Origin: an uncultured Ruminococcus sp.
GTDB lineage: Bacteria > Bacillota > Clostridia > Oscillospirales > CAG-272
DNA length: 64,000 bases
Direction of reading: 5' to 3'
NCBI GenBank assembly: GCA_964558485.1
Contig: CAZLED010000001.1
Span: 26,491-90,490, forward strand
This document shows, one piece after another, positions 50,058 to 58,592 of this stretch. The notes under the pieces are model-generated. The model had not been told where the DNA came from. It did no database searches and saw only the letters and a list, made by a program, of their open reading frames with translations. The translations under genes and the position numbers were made by a program. Numbering within the stretch: the first letter of the stretch is position 1; each line of letters begins with the position of its first letter.

Positions 50058-51704
50058 ATGCAAGATTCCCGTAGCTTGACGCAACGTTTTGCGCCGTGCT
50101 TCACACTGCTGCAACGTGTGGGACGGGCCTTTATGCTGCCCATTGCGCTGTTGCCGGTGGCCGGGCTGTTTTTGGGCATTGGTTCCTCGCTGACCAATCC
50201 GGCCCTGTGGGAGACCTATCATCTGTCGGGACTATTGGGAGAGGGCACTGTGCTATATGGTGTGTTCTCCGTTCTGTCGGCCGTGGGCAGTGTGATCTTT
50301 GACAACCTGCCGCTGCTGTTTGCCATGGGTGTGGCGCTGGGCATGGCGGAGAACGAAAAGGCCACGGCGGTTCTGTCCGCTGCCATTGCCTTCTTTGTGA
50401 TGCACAGTACCATTGGCACCCTTTTGACCCTGACCGGCCGGATCCATGACCCCACGCTGCCGGATGGAACGGTCACCTCGGTGGTGGGGATATCCTCTTT
50501 GCAGATGGGGGTCTTCGGCGGTATTCTGGTGGGACTGGGCGTGGCGTGGCTGCACAACCGGTTTTACAAGCTGCGTCTGCCGGATGTGCTGTCCTTCTTT
50601 GGCGGTACCCGGTTCGTACCCATCGTTTCCACTGCTGTGTACGTCTTGGTGGGTGCACTGCTGTATGTGGTATGGCCGTGGGTGCAAAATGGGATCTATG
50701 CACTGGGGCAGCTGGTGCTGGGTTCCGGGCTGTTTGGCACCTTTCTCTATGGACTCATCGAACGGCTGCTGATCCCCTTTGGTCTGCACCATGTGTTCTA
50801 CCTGCCGTTCTGGCAGACCGGTGTGGGTGGCACCGCATGGATCGATGGGACGCTGATCTCCGGGGCACAGAATATTTTCTTTGCGGAGCTGGCTTCTCCG
50901 GCTACAGAGGTGTTTTCCGTTTCTGCCACACGGTTCATGAGTGGAAAATTTCCGCTGATGATCTTTGGTCTGCCCGGTGCGGCGCTGGCCATGTATACCT
51001 GTGCTTACCCGGAAAAGAAAAAGACGGCAGGGTCCCTGCTGTTCTCGGCGGCGCTGACGTCTCTGCTCACCGGCATCACCGAACCGCTGGAATTCACGTT
51101 TTTGTTCGTGTCGCCGCTATTGTACGGGATCCATTGTGTTTTGGCCGGGCTGTGCTATATGCTGATGCACGCATTGTCGGTGGGCGTGGGTATGACCTTC
51201 TCCGGCGGCCTGATCGACCTGGTGCTGTTCGGCGTGCTACAGGGGAACCGCAAGACCCATTGGCTGTGGATACCGGTGGTCGGTGTGGTGCTGTTTGGGG
51301 TGTATCTGCTGCTGTTTCGCTGGTTGATCCGGCAGAAGGACTATCGCACGCCCGGCAGAGAAGCAGATGGCGAACAGACAAAGTTGTACCGCCGTGCCGA
51401 TATGGCAAAGCGTACGGCAAATGCACACCCGAAGGAGGATCCTCGAAAAACGCCGGATGTAGGCCTGGCAAAACAGATCGCCGCAGGGCTTGGTGGACGG
51501 GACAATATCCTTTCGTTGGACTGCTGTGCCACACGACTGCGGTTGACGGTACAGGACGGCGATCTGGTGGACAAGGCGTTTTTGCAGTCTGCCACAGGTG
51601 CCGCCGGTGTGATCGTCCACGGAAATGGGGTGCAGGTGGTGTACGGACCCAAGGTGGCGGTGATCAAAAGTGAGCTGGAAGAATGGCTGGGGAACGGTGC
51701 ATGA
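50058..51704 (+). CDS. PTS glucose/GlcNAc-family transporter subunit EIICB
   Basis: LQRVGRAFMLPIALLPVAGLFLGIG (EIIC N-terminus). C-terminal EIIB with LDCCATRLRL (phospho-Cys motif). GGAAGGAG RBS. Confidence 0.88.
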   Translation: MQDSRSLTQRFAPCFTLLQRVGRAFMLPIALLPVAGLFLGIGSSLTNPALWETYHLSGLLGEGTVLYGVFSVLSAVGSVIFDNLPLLFAMGVALGMAENEKATAVLSAAIAFFVMHSTIGTLLTLTGRIHDPTLPDGTVTSVVGISSLQMGVFGGILVGLGVAWLHNRFYKLRLPDVLSFFGGTRFVPIVSTAVYVLVGALLYVVWPWVQNGIYALGQLVLGSGLFGTFLYGLIERLLIPFGLHHVFYLPFWQTGVGGTAWIDGTLISGAQNIFFAELASPATEVFSVSATRFMSGKFPLMIFGLPGAALAMYTCAYPEKKKTAGSLLFSAALTSLLTGITEPLEFTFLFVSPLLYGIHCVLAGLCYMLMHALSVGVGMTFSGGLIDLVLFGVLQGNRKTHWLWIPVVGVVLFGVYLLLFRWLIRQKDYRTPGREADGEQTKLYRRADMAKRTANAHPKEDPRKTPDVGLAKQIAAGLGGRDNILSLDCCATRLRLTVQDGDLVDKAFLQSATGAAGVIVHGNGVQVVYGPKVAVIKSELEEWLGNGA

Positions 51705-51728
51705 TCCAGGATGGAGAGGTGTGATGTG

Positions 51729-52193
51729 ATGTTCAAAAAAGTACGGAATCGGATCGATTCGCCTTTGTCGGGGAAGTGTGTGCGGATGGCAGATCTGCCG
51801 GATCCGGTGTTTGCCTCCGGGATGCTGGGAGAGGGCATTGGGATACGACCCATGACGGATGTGGTCACGTTGGCGGCACCCATGGATGGCGTGGCGACCG
51901 GGGTCAGCGATACCGGTCATGCGGTGGGCATCACGGCACCGGATGGAAAAACCGCTGTTCTCGTTCACGCCGGGATCGACACGGTGGCGCTGGGTGGTGC
52001 GGGTTTTACGCTGCACGTGAGGGAAGGCGAAAAGGTACGCCGTGGCCAGCCGATCCTGACCATGGATGCCGCACAGGTGGAGCGTGCCGGGTACAGCAGC
52101 ATCGTGGTGGTGGTGCTCACGGAAAGCTGCACACCCCTGCATCCGGTGACAAAGGAGCAGATCAACGTGGGAGAAACATTGTTTGAAGCATGA
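51729..52193 (+). CDS. PTS glucose-family EIIA component
   Basis: DPVFASGMLGEGIGI, TGHAVGI and VLVHAGIDTV (the two His regions of EIIA-Glc). Start placed at ATG 51729, behind GGAGAGG. Confidence 0.85.
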   Translation: MFKKVRNRIDSPLSGKCVRMADLPDPVFASGMLGEGIGIRPMTDVVTLAAPMDGVATGVSDTGHAVGITAPDGKTAVLVHAGIDTVALGGAGFTLHVREGEKVRRGQPILTMDAAQVERAGYSSIVVVVLTESCTPLHPVTKEQINVGETLFEA

Positions 52194-52243
52194 AAAAACG
52201 ACCGGGTACTTTGGAATATCCGGTCGCTGTTTTCCATATGGAT

Positions 52244-53002
52244 TTAGATGCAATACTTGGCAAGGATCCGTTTGTCGATGGCTTCGAAATCGCTGGTGTG
52301 GGGATATTCAGCCATGTCCGGATGATGGGGGAATGCGGCGTCTGCATTGCCGTCGTGGAGAGAAATGGTGGCGAGCATACAGCCGCTTTGCCGGATCTCG
52401 GCAATATTTTCAGCTGAGAAATCTCCCGTGTACACGAAGCACTTGTCGGGATAATTGGGTACATCCTGCAGCTTCTCTCTGGTGTAGTTTGCCTTGGTAT
52501 CGATGAATCGGGCCTGGGGATCGATGGACAGGATCAAGTTGATGGCAGGAGCACCGGCGCCGTTGGTGGCATATACCACTCTGCCACGCATACCCATACG
52601 AACCACCAGGTGTGCGATGTTCTCGGCGTTGCGCATACCTTCCTTCAGGTCGATATTCACGCACATACCGTAGAAGTAGGCCAGGTGCAGCGTCTCCTCC
52701 AGGGTGGGCACGAAGTTTTCGTCCACTCTTTCGTTCAGCAGATGCACGGCACGCAGTACGGCAAAGTCGGTATCTGCGATCACGTAGGATACGGCATTTC
52801 CGGCGTCGTCAAAGCCCCGGACGGTATCGTCGTGGTTGCAGATGAGCACGCCGTCCTTGGTCATACGGGCATCGGTCTCGATCATGTCCGCACCCTTCCG
52901 GGCAGCCAGACGAAAGGCAGCCAGCGTATTGGAATGCAGACCCGGTTCTACAAAGCCCTGGTGGGCCGAGCTGATCCAAGTCTTTTTTACTTTAGTCATC
53001 AT
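52244..53002 (-). CDS. Glycerophosphodiester phosphodiesterase family protein
   Basis: SAHQGF...NTLAAFRLAARKGADMIETDARMTKDGVLICNHD (GDPD HR...E.D...H.D pattern). The start among three adjacent ATGs was chosen by spacing from AAAGGAG. Confidence 0.8.
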   Translation of the reverse strand: MMTKVKKTWISSAHQGFVEPGLHSNTLAAFRLAARKGADMIETDARMTKDGVLICNHDDTVRGFDDAGNAVSYVIADTDFAVLRAVHLLNERVDENFVPTLEETLHLAYFYGMCVNIDLKEGMRNAENIAHLVVRMGMRGRVVYATNGAGAPAINLILSIDPQARFIDTKANYTREKLQDVPNYPDKCFVYTGDFSAENIAEIRQSGCMLATISLHDGNADAAFPHHPDMAEYPHTSDFEAIDKRILAKYCI

Positions 53003-53093
53003 GATCATACGCTCCTTTTGATATGGCATGGGAATGGATCCGGTTTATAAAAAATACTTTTCCATGGCGGCGATCGATTTTTGCCACAGGAAA

Positions 53094-53127
53094 GCAAAAA
53101 GCCTCTCGATATGTTCAAGAGGCTTTT
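53094..53127 (-). terminator. Terminator after tRNA-Trp
   Basis: Minus strand: aagcctct-tgaacatatcg-agaggctt followed by TTTTTG. Confidence 0.65.
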
Positions 53128-53132
53128 CATTA

Positions 53133-53208
53133 TGGCAGGGGCACTAAGATTCGAACTCAGGACACGTGGTTTTGGAGACCACTGCTCTACCAGCTGAGCT
53201 ATACCCCT
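53133..53208 (-). tRNA. tRNA-Trp (anticodon CCA), 3' CCA encoded
   Basis: Manual cloverleaf: acceptor AGGGGTA/TGCCCCT, D arm GCTC/GAGC, anticodon stem GTGGT/ACCAC, loop CTCCAAA, T arm CTGAG-TTCGAAT-CTTAG. 76 nt. Confidence 0.9.
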
Positions 53209-53222
53209 TCGTGACGTGTTAT

Positions 53223-53251
53223 ATTATAGCACACTTTTTTGGAAATTGCAA
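53223..53251 (-). promoter_or_regulatory. Promoter of tRNA-Trp
   Basis: Minus strand: TTGCAA (53251-53246), 17 nt spacer, TGc-TATAAT (53228-53223). Predicted start is a few nt before the mature 5' end. Confidence 0.6.
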
Positions 53252-53310
53252 TAGGTTTTGCAAAAATTTTTGAAAAATTTTTTTGAGGGGATTTGCAAGG
53301 GGAATGTGCA

Positions 53311-53334
53311 AAGTCAGATGTTAGATGTCAGATA
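53311..53334. repeat. GTCAGA-type short repeat cluster (plus orientation)
   Basis: aagtcagatgttagatgtcagata. Confidence 0.45.
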
Positions 53335-53484
53335 GTGTGGTACGTATATGTGGCGTTGCCGACAACGATTTTGGAACATTCGTAAAATGATGCCTGGAAT
53401 TATAGGATACCCCGAAAATTCGTAGGGAACGGTCTTGACCGTTCCTTGCGGCAGCAATACGTTTTGGTTTGGGTGGACGTTGTG

Positions 53485-53518
53485 CGTCTGACATCTGACT
53501 TCTTCCTTGACTTCTGCT
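53485..53518. repeat. TCTGAC-type short repeat cluster just upstream of the thiI promoter (inverted relative to 53311-53334)
   Basis: cgtctgacatctgacttcttccttgacttctgct. Confidence 0.45.
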
Positions 53519-53527
53519 TTCCCTGCG

Positions 53528-53556
53528 TTGACTTTTGCCGGATTCTGTGGTATACT
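53528..53556 (+). promoter_or_regulatory. Promoter of thiI
   Basis: TTGACT (53528-53533), 17 nt spacer, TGg-TATACT (53551-53556). Confidence 0.6.
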
Positions 53557-53612
53557 ATACTATGGTATGGTGTCCCTATACCCATGATTTTTTGGAAAAG
53601 TGAGGAACTCCC

Positions 53613-54791
53613 ATGAAGGAAGTCATCCTATGTAAATATGGCGAGATCGTGCTCAAGGGCAACAACCGGAGCCAGTTCGAATCCTTGCTGCTGCGTGAGC
53701 TGAAACGCCGGGCTGCCATGTTCGGCCATTTCGACATCCATTATATGCAAAGCACGGTATACATCGAGCCGGCCGACGAGGAAGCCGAGCTGCATTTCGA
53801 GGAACTGTACGACAGCTGTAAAAAGATATTCGGCTTTGTGGGTCTGTGTCGGGCTGTTGCCTGTGAGAAGACCTTAGAAGCCATTGTAGCGACCGCACAG
53901 GCGTATCTGCCGGAAAAGCTTGCCGATGCCAAAACCTTCCGCTGTGAAGCCAAGCGCAGTGACAAGCGGTTTCCCCTGGGCTCTCCGGAACTGGCCGGGG
54001 AAGTGGGCGGTGCCATTCTGGACGTGATGCCCCAGCTGAAGGTGGATCTGAAAAATCCCGATGTGACCGTGCGGATCGAGGTACGGGACAGAGCGGCCTA
54101 TATCCATGCCGGACAGGACCAGGGTGCCGGTGGGATGCCCGTGGGTTCTGCCGGTCGGGGACTGCTGCTGTTGTCCGGCGGTATCGACTCTCCGGTGGCA
54201 GGCTGGATGATGATGAAGCGTGGCATGACCATCGATGCCCTGCACTTTGAATCCTTCCCCTACACCAGTGAAGCGGCCCGGGACAAGGTATTTACCTTGG
54301 CAGAGGAGATCGCAGAGTACGGCGGCAAGCTGCGGGTACACGTGATCAGCTTGACCCACATCCAGGAGGTGCTGCGGGACAACTGCGAAGAGGACTACTT
54401 CACTCTGCTGCTGCGGCGGTTCATGATGCGGCTGGCCAGTATGTGCGCCAGAGAGAACGGCTGTGAGGTACTGGTGACCGGAGAAAGCCTGGGTCAGGTG
54501 GCAAGCCAGACTATGAAGGCCATGTGCGTCACCGAGGATGCGGCAGAGCTGCCCATTTTCCGTCCCTGTATCGGTATGGACAAAGAGGAGATCATCCGCA
54601 TTTCCCGGAAGATCGGCACCTTTGATACGTCCATTTTGCCCTACGAGGACTGCTGCACCGTCTTCACGCCTCGTCACCCCCGGACACAGCCGGAGCTGGA
54701 CAAGGTCAAGGCACAGGAGGATCTGGTGGATGTAGAGGCACTGGTGGCTGAAGCCTGGGAGACCCGGTACAGACACATCGTGGGCGAATGA
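53613..54791 (+). CDS. thiI: tRNA 4-thiouridine(8) synthase ThiI
   Basis: KYGEIVLKGNNR (ferredoxin-like/THUMP N-terminus). LLLLSGGIDSPVAGWMMMKRG (PP-loop SGGxDS). Confidence 0.9.
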   Translation: MKEVILCKYGEIVLKGNNRSQFESLLLRELKRRAAMFGHFDIHYMQSTVYIEPADEEAELHFEELYDSCKKIFGFVGLCRAVACEKTLEAIVATAQAYLPEKLADAKTFRCEAKRSDKRFPLGSPELAGEVGGAILDVMPQLKVDLKNPDVTVRIEVRDRAAYIHAGQDQGAGGMPVGSAGRGLLLLSGGIDSPVAGWMMMKRGMTIDALHFESFPYTSEAARDKVFTLAEEIAEYGGKLRVHVISLTHIQEVLRDNCEEDYFTLLLRRFMMRLASMCARENGCEVLVTGESLGQVASQTMKAMCVTEDAAELPIFRPCIGMDKEEIIRISRKIGTFDTSILPYEDCCTVFTPRHPRTQPELDKVKAQEDLVDVEALVAEAWETRYRHIVGE

Positions 54792-54798
54792 CCGTAAA

Positions 54799-54885
54799 GT
54801 AATGAAGAATGAAGTACACAACTATGTTGTGTGTGAAAAGTGAATAATGAATGATTGCGGTGGAAAAGCTACGCTTTTCAGATTT
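54799..54885 (+). repeat. AATGAAG-repeat plus hairpin element, copy 2 (longer; hairpin stem sequence changed but pairing kept)
   Basis: gtaatgaagaatgaag...tgaataatgaatgattgcggtg-GAAAAGC-tac-GCTTTTC (hairpin 54863-54879), then agatttgtttt. Confidence 0.6.
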
Positions 54886-54967
54886 GTTTTGGAAAATCGG
54901 GTAACGATTTCTGCTGCAGCGATTCACGCTTTGCTTATAAATAATAACTTGGAGTACAAATATACCT

Positions 54968-56425
54968 ATGAAAAATAACGAATACAGCCTGTCTCTGCTC
55001 TGCGACTTTTATGAGCTGACCATGGGACGGGGCTACTTCAATACCCCACTGCGGGACGAGATCGCCTATTTTGACGTGTTCTATCGGCAGGTACCCGATG
55101 GAGGCGGCTATGCAGTGGCGGCTGGGCTGGAGCAGATCGTGCGGTATATCGAGGACCTGCACTTTTCTTCGGCAGACATCGCCTTCCTGCGCAGCAAGGA
55201 TCTCTTTGACGAAGCCTTTCTGAACTACCTGGCGGACTTCCGGTTTACCGGCGACATTTGGGCGGTGCCGGAGGGGACGGTGATTTTTCCCGGTGAACCG
55301 ATCCTGACCGTACGGGCACCCACCATCGAGGCACAGCTCATTGAGACCTACGTGCTTCTGGCGCTGAACCACCAGTCTCTGATCGCCACCAAGGCCTCTC
55401 GTATGGTTCGTGTGGCTGGCGGCAGACCCATTTCCGAATTTGGTTCCCGTCGTGCCCATGGGGAAGATGCGGCTGTCTACGGTGCCAGAGCGGCGTACAT
55501 CGGTGGCTGTGCCGGTACAGCTTGCACCCTGTCTGAGAAGCTGTTTGGTGTACCGGCCGGCGGCACCATGGCACATTCCTGGGTGCAGATGTTCGATTCC
55601 GAATACGAAGCCTTTGCCACCTATTGCCGTCTGTATCCCGAAAATCCGACCCTGCTGGTGGACACCTACAGCGTGTTCGGCTCCGGGATCCCCAATGCCA
55701 TCAAAGCCTTCAAAGAGGTGCTGTGGCCCATGGGCAAGCGTGCCTGCGCCATCCGGATCGACTCCGGTGACATTGCATACCTGACCCGGAAGGCAAGAAA
55801 AATACTGGATGCGGCCGGACTGAACGACTGCAAGATCGTCATCTCCAACTCTCTGGACGAGTATATCATCACCGAGGTGCTGCGGCAGGGGGCCTGCATC
55901 GATGCCTTTGGGGTGGGCGAACGGCTCATCACGGCAAAATCCGATGCGGTGTTCGGCTGTGTGTACAAGCTGGCCGCCAAGGAGAACAAGGATGGGGTGA
56001 TCGTGCCCAAGATCAAGGTCAGCGAAAACACAGCCAAGATCACCAATCCCCACTTCAAAAAGCTCTATCGGCTCTACGACAAGGAGACCGGCAAGGCAGA
56101 AGCGGACTACATTTGCATCCACGACGAGAGTATCGACACCACAAAGCCCCTGGAAATTTTCGACCCCATCCACACCTGGAAGCGCCGGATCATGGAAAAC
56201 TATTCGGCAAGAGAGCTGATGGTGCAGGTGTTCCGCCACGGTGAGCTGGTATACGACCTGCCGCCGCTGGGTGTGATCCGGAACTATTGCAAGGCAGAGA
56301 TCGACTCCATGTGGGACGAGGTGCTGCGGTTTGACAATCCCCACAACTACTATGTGGACCTGTCCCAGAAGCTGTGGGATCTGAAGCACGATATGCTGTC
56401 CACCTTCAGCAAGGGGAACGTATAA
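54968..56425 (+). CDS. pncB: Nicotinate phosphoribosyltransferase
   Basis: LLCDFYELTMGRGYF, EFGSRRAHG, GTMAHSWVQ blocks typical of NAPRTase. Confidence 0.88.
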   Translation: MKNNEYSLSLLCDFYELTMGRGYFNTPLRDEIAYFDVFYRQVPDGGGYAVAAGLEQIVRYIEDLHFSSADIAFLRSKDLFDEAFLNYLADFRFTGDIWAVPEGTVIFPGEPILTVRAPTIEAQLIETYVLLALNHQSLIATKASRMVRVAGGRPISEFGSRRAHGEDAAVYGARAAYIGGCAGTACTLSEKLFGVPAGGTMAHSWVQMFDSEYEAFATYCRLYPENPTLLVDTYSVFGSGIPNAIKAFKEVLWPMGKRACAIRIDSGDIAYLTRKARKILDAAGLNDCKIVISNSLDEYIITEVLRQGACIDAFGVGERLITAKSDAVFGCVYKLAAKENKDGVIVPKIKVSENTAKITNPHFKKLYRLYDKETGKAEADYICIHDESIDTTKPLEIFDPIHTWKRRIMENYSARELMVQVFRHGELVYDLPPLGVIRNYCKAEIDSMWDEVLRFDNPHNYYVDLSQKLWDLKHDMLSTFSKGNV

Positions 56426-57363
56426 TGCGAAGCGACAGTTTGTCGTTGGGTCATTGCCACCTGTGTCCCCGAGGCTGTGGTGTGGATCGAAGGGCTGGGC
56501 AGGTAGGCTACTGTGGTGCCGGGGAAAAGGTACAGGTGGTCAAGGTCATGCTGCACCATTGGGAAGAGCCCTGTATCAGCGGCTGTGACAACGATACACG
56601 GGGCAGCGGTGCGGTGTTTTTTGCCCATTGTCCTCTGGGCTGTGTGTACTGCCAAAACCGGGATATCAGCACACGGGACTGCTTGCTTGGCAGGGAAATG
56701 ACACCGGCCGATCTGGCAGAGGTGTTTTGGCAGCTGCAGCAGGACGGCGCCTACAATCTGAATCTGGTGACGCCGACCCATTACGCTGCCCAGATCGCCG
56801 AGGCACTGGTTCTGGCAAAGGCAAAGGGACTGACTCTGCCGGTGGTATGGAACACCGGTGGCTACGAATCGGCGGCGGTCATCGAGCACTTGGCCGGGCT
56901 GGTGGATATCTACCTGACGGATCTGAAGTATGCCGACCCGACCCTGGCCGAGCAGCTGTCTCACGCAAAGGACTATCCGGAGAAGGCAAGGGAAGCGCTG
57001 GTCGCCATGGTGCAGCAGACCGGGAAGGTGCAGTTCGATGGAGCCGGGATGCTGACCCATGGGGTGATCCTGCGGCACCTGTGTCTGCCGGGATATCGGG
57101 CCGATTCCATAGCGGTACTGCGACAGGCCGCCGAAGCGATCACTGCAGCCGGTGGCGAGATCACGGATGTGCGTCTGTCTCTGATGCGGCAGTACACGCC
57201 GGAGCCCTGGATCGATGGCACACTTCCCCGGAGCCTGACACGCCGTGTGACGACCTTTGAATATGAGTCCGTTCTGGCAGAGGCACAGGCACTGGGGTTC
57301 CTTGGTTATACGCAGGAAAAAGAGTCGGCTGTGTGCAGCTATACACCCGATTTTCAACAATAG
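56425..57363 (+). CDS. Radical SAM protein, PflX-type (homolog of pyruvate formate-lyase activating enzymes)
   Basis: CPLGCVYCQN (CxxxCxxC). N-terminal CHLCPRGCGVDR cluster. TAATG overlap with the pncB stop. Confidence 0.8.
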   Translation: MRSDSLSLGHCHLCPRGCGVDRRAGQVGYCGAGEKVQVVKVMLHHWEEPCISGCDNDTRGSGAVFFAHCPLGCVYCQNRDISTRDCLLGREMTPADLAEVFWQLQQDGAYNLNLVTPTHYAAQIAEALVLAKAKGLTLPVVWNTGGYESAAVIEHLAGLVDIYLTDLKYADPTLAEQLSHAKDYPEKAREALVAMVQQTGKVQFDGAGMLTHGVILRHLCLPGYRADSIAVLRQAAEAITAAGGEITDVRLSLMRQYTPEPWIDGTLPRSLTRRVTTFEYESVLAEAQALGFLGYTQEKESAVCSYTPDFQQ

Positions 57364-57438
57364 ACGTTTGTACCGTTTTCTTTCATATCCTACTGATTTT
57401 TACGTGTGTCGTCACGAGCGAAGGAGGTCGTTTATAGT

Positions 57439-58422
57439 ATGACAAAAACCTACGATGTGGTAGCCTTGGGCGAATACCTGATCGATTTTACCGAAAATGG
57501 GATGTCCGCACAGGGAAACCGATTATTCGAAGCCAATCCCGGTGGTGCACCCTGCAACGTGCTGTCCATGCTGAACCGACTGGGCCGACGTTGTGCCTTC
57601 ATTGGCAAGGTGGGAGACGATATGTTTGGTGCGCTCCTGCGGCAGGTCGGACTGGACGCCGGGATCGATCTTGGTGGATTGGCGGTGGATCCCTATGCCA
57701 GGACCACCTTGGCATTTGTGCAGACTCTGCCCGGCGGCGACCGTGACTTTTCCTTCTATCGGAATCCCGGTGCGGATATGCGGCTGACCGAGGAAGACCT
57801 GCCAACTGCCATGCTGCAGGACACGACCATCTTCCACTATGGCTCCATTTCCATGACCCATGAGCCGGCGCGGTCTGCCACCATACGTGCGGTGGAGATC
57901 GCCAAGGAAGCCGGTGCACTGCTCTCCTACGATCCCAATCTGCGGCCGCCGCTGTGGGACGATCTGGAGGAAGCACGGGAACAGATGGAATGGGGACTGG
58001 ATCACTGCGACGTCTGCAAGATCGCCGACAACGAGCTGGCTTTCCTGACCGGGATCGATCTGGATGCCGACGACTTGGGGGCACAGTTTGACCGGGGTGC
58101 GGCGCTGCTGCGGGAAAGACATCCGGGTCTGCGGCTGCTGAACGTAACGGCTGGGGCTGGTGGCAGCTATGGGTACTACGGGGATCTGCGGGTACACGTG
58201 CCGGCGTTTCTGTTGGGTGGTACCATCGAGACCACCGGTGCCGGAGATGCGTTCTGTGGCTGCGTGCTGGAATATCTGCTGACCCATGGTCTGGATGAAA
58301 TGACCACCGATGGGCTGACGGAGATGCTGCGCTTTGCCAATGCGGCGGCGTATCTGGTGACCACCAGAAAGGGTGCCATCCGCTCTATGCCCGATCGTGC
58401 CATGGTGGAAGCGATTTTGTGA
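57439..58422 (+). CDS. PfkB-family carbohydrate kinase (fructokinase-like)
   Basis: VVALGEYLIDF, GGAPCNV and TTGAGDAFCG (PfkB signature 2). AAGGAGG RBS. Confidence 0.85.
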   Translation: MTKTYDVVALGEYLIDFTENGMSAQGNRLFEANPGGAPCNVLSMLNRLGRRCAFIGKVGDDMFGALLRQVGLDAGIDLGGLAVDPYARTTLAFVQTLPGGDRDFSFYRNPGADMRLTEEDLPTAMLQDTTIFHYGSISMTHEPARSATIRAVEIAKEAGALLSYDPNLRPPLWDDLEEAREQMEWGLDHCDVCKIADNELAFLTGIDLDADDLGAQFDRGAALLRERHPGLRLLNVTAGAGGSYGYYGDLRVHVPAFLLGGTIETTGAGDAFCGCVLEYLLTHGLDEMTTDGLTEMLRFANAAAYLVTTRKGAIRSMPDRAMVEAIL

Positions 58423-58525
58423 AAAGGGCAATATAATTTTGAAGAATGACAGGAAGGAGTCTGCTGGTGTCACCAGGGGGCTCTTTCTTGTTTTTATCTT
58501 ATTTTCCTATTTTTTCATTCCCCTC

Positions 58526-58554
58526 TTGCAGAGCCCTGTAGAATATGCTATAAT
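58526..58554 (+). promoter_or_regulatory. Promoter of the glycyl-radical enzyme gene
   Basis: TTGCAG (58526-58531), 17 nt spacer, TGc-TATAAT (58549-58554). Confidence 0.55.
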
Positions 58555-58592
58555 ACAGGTATAGATCGTGGATCCAAAAAGGAGAGCTGCCT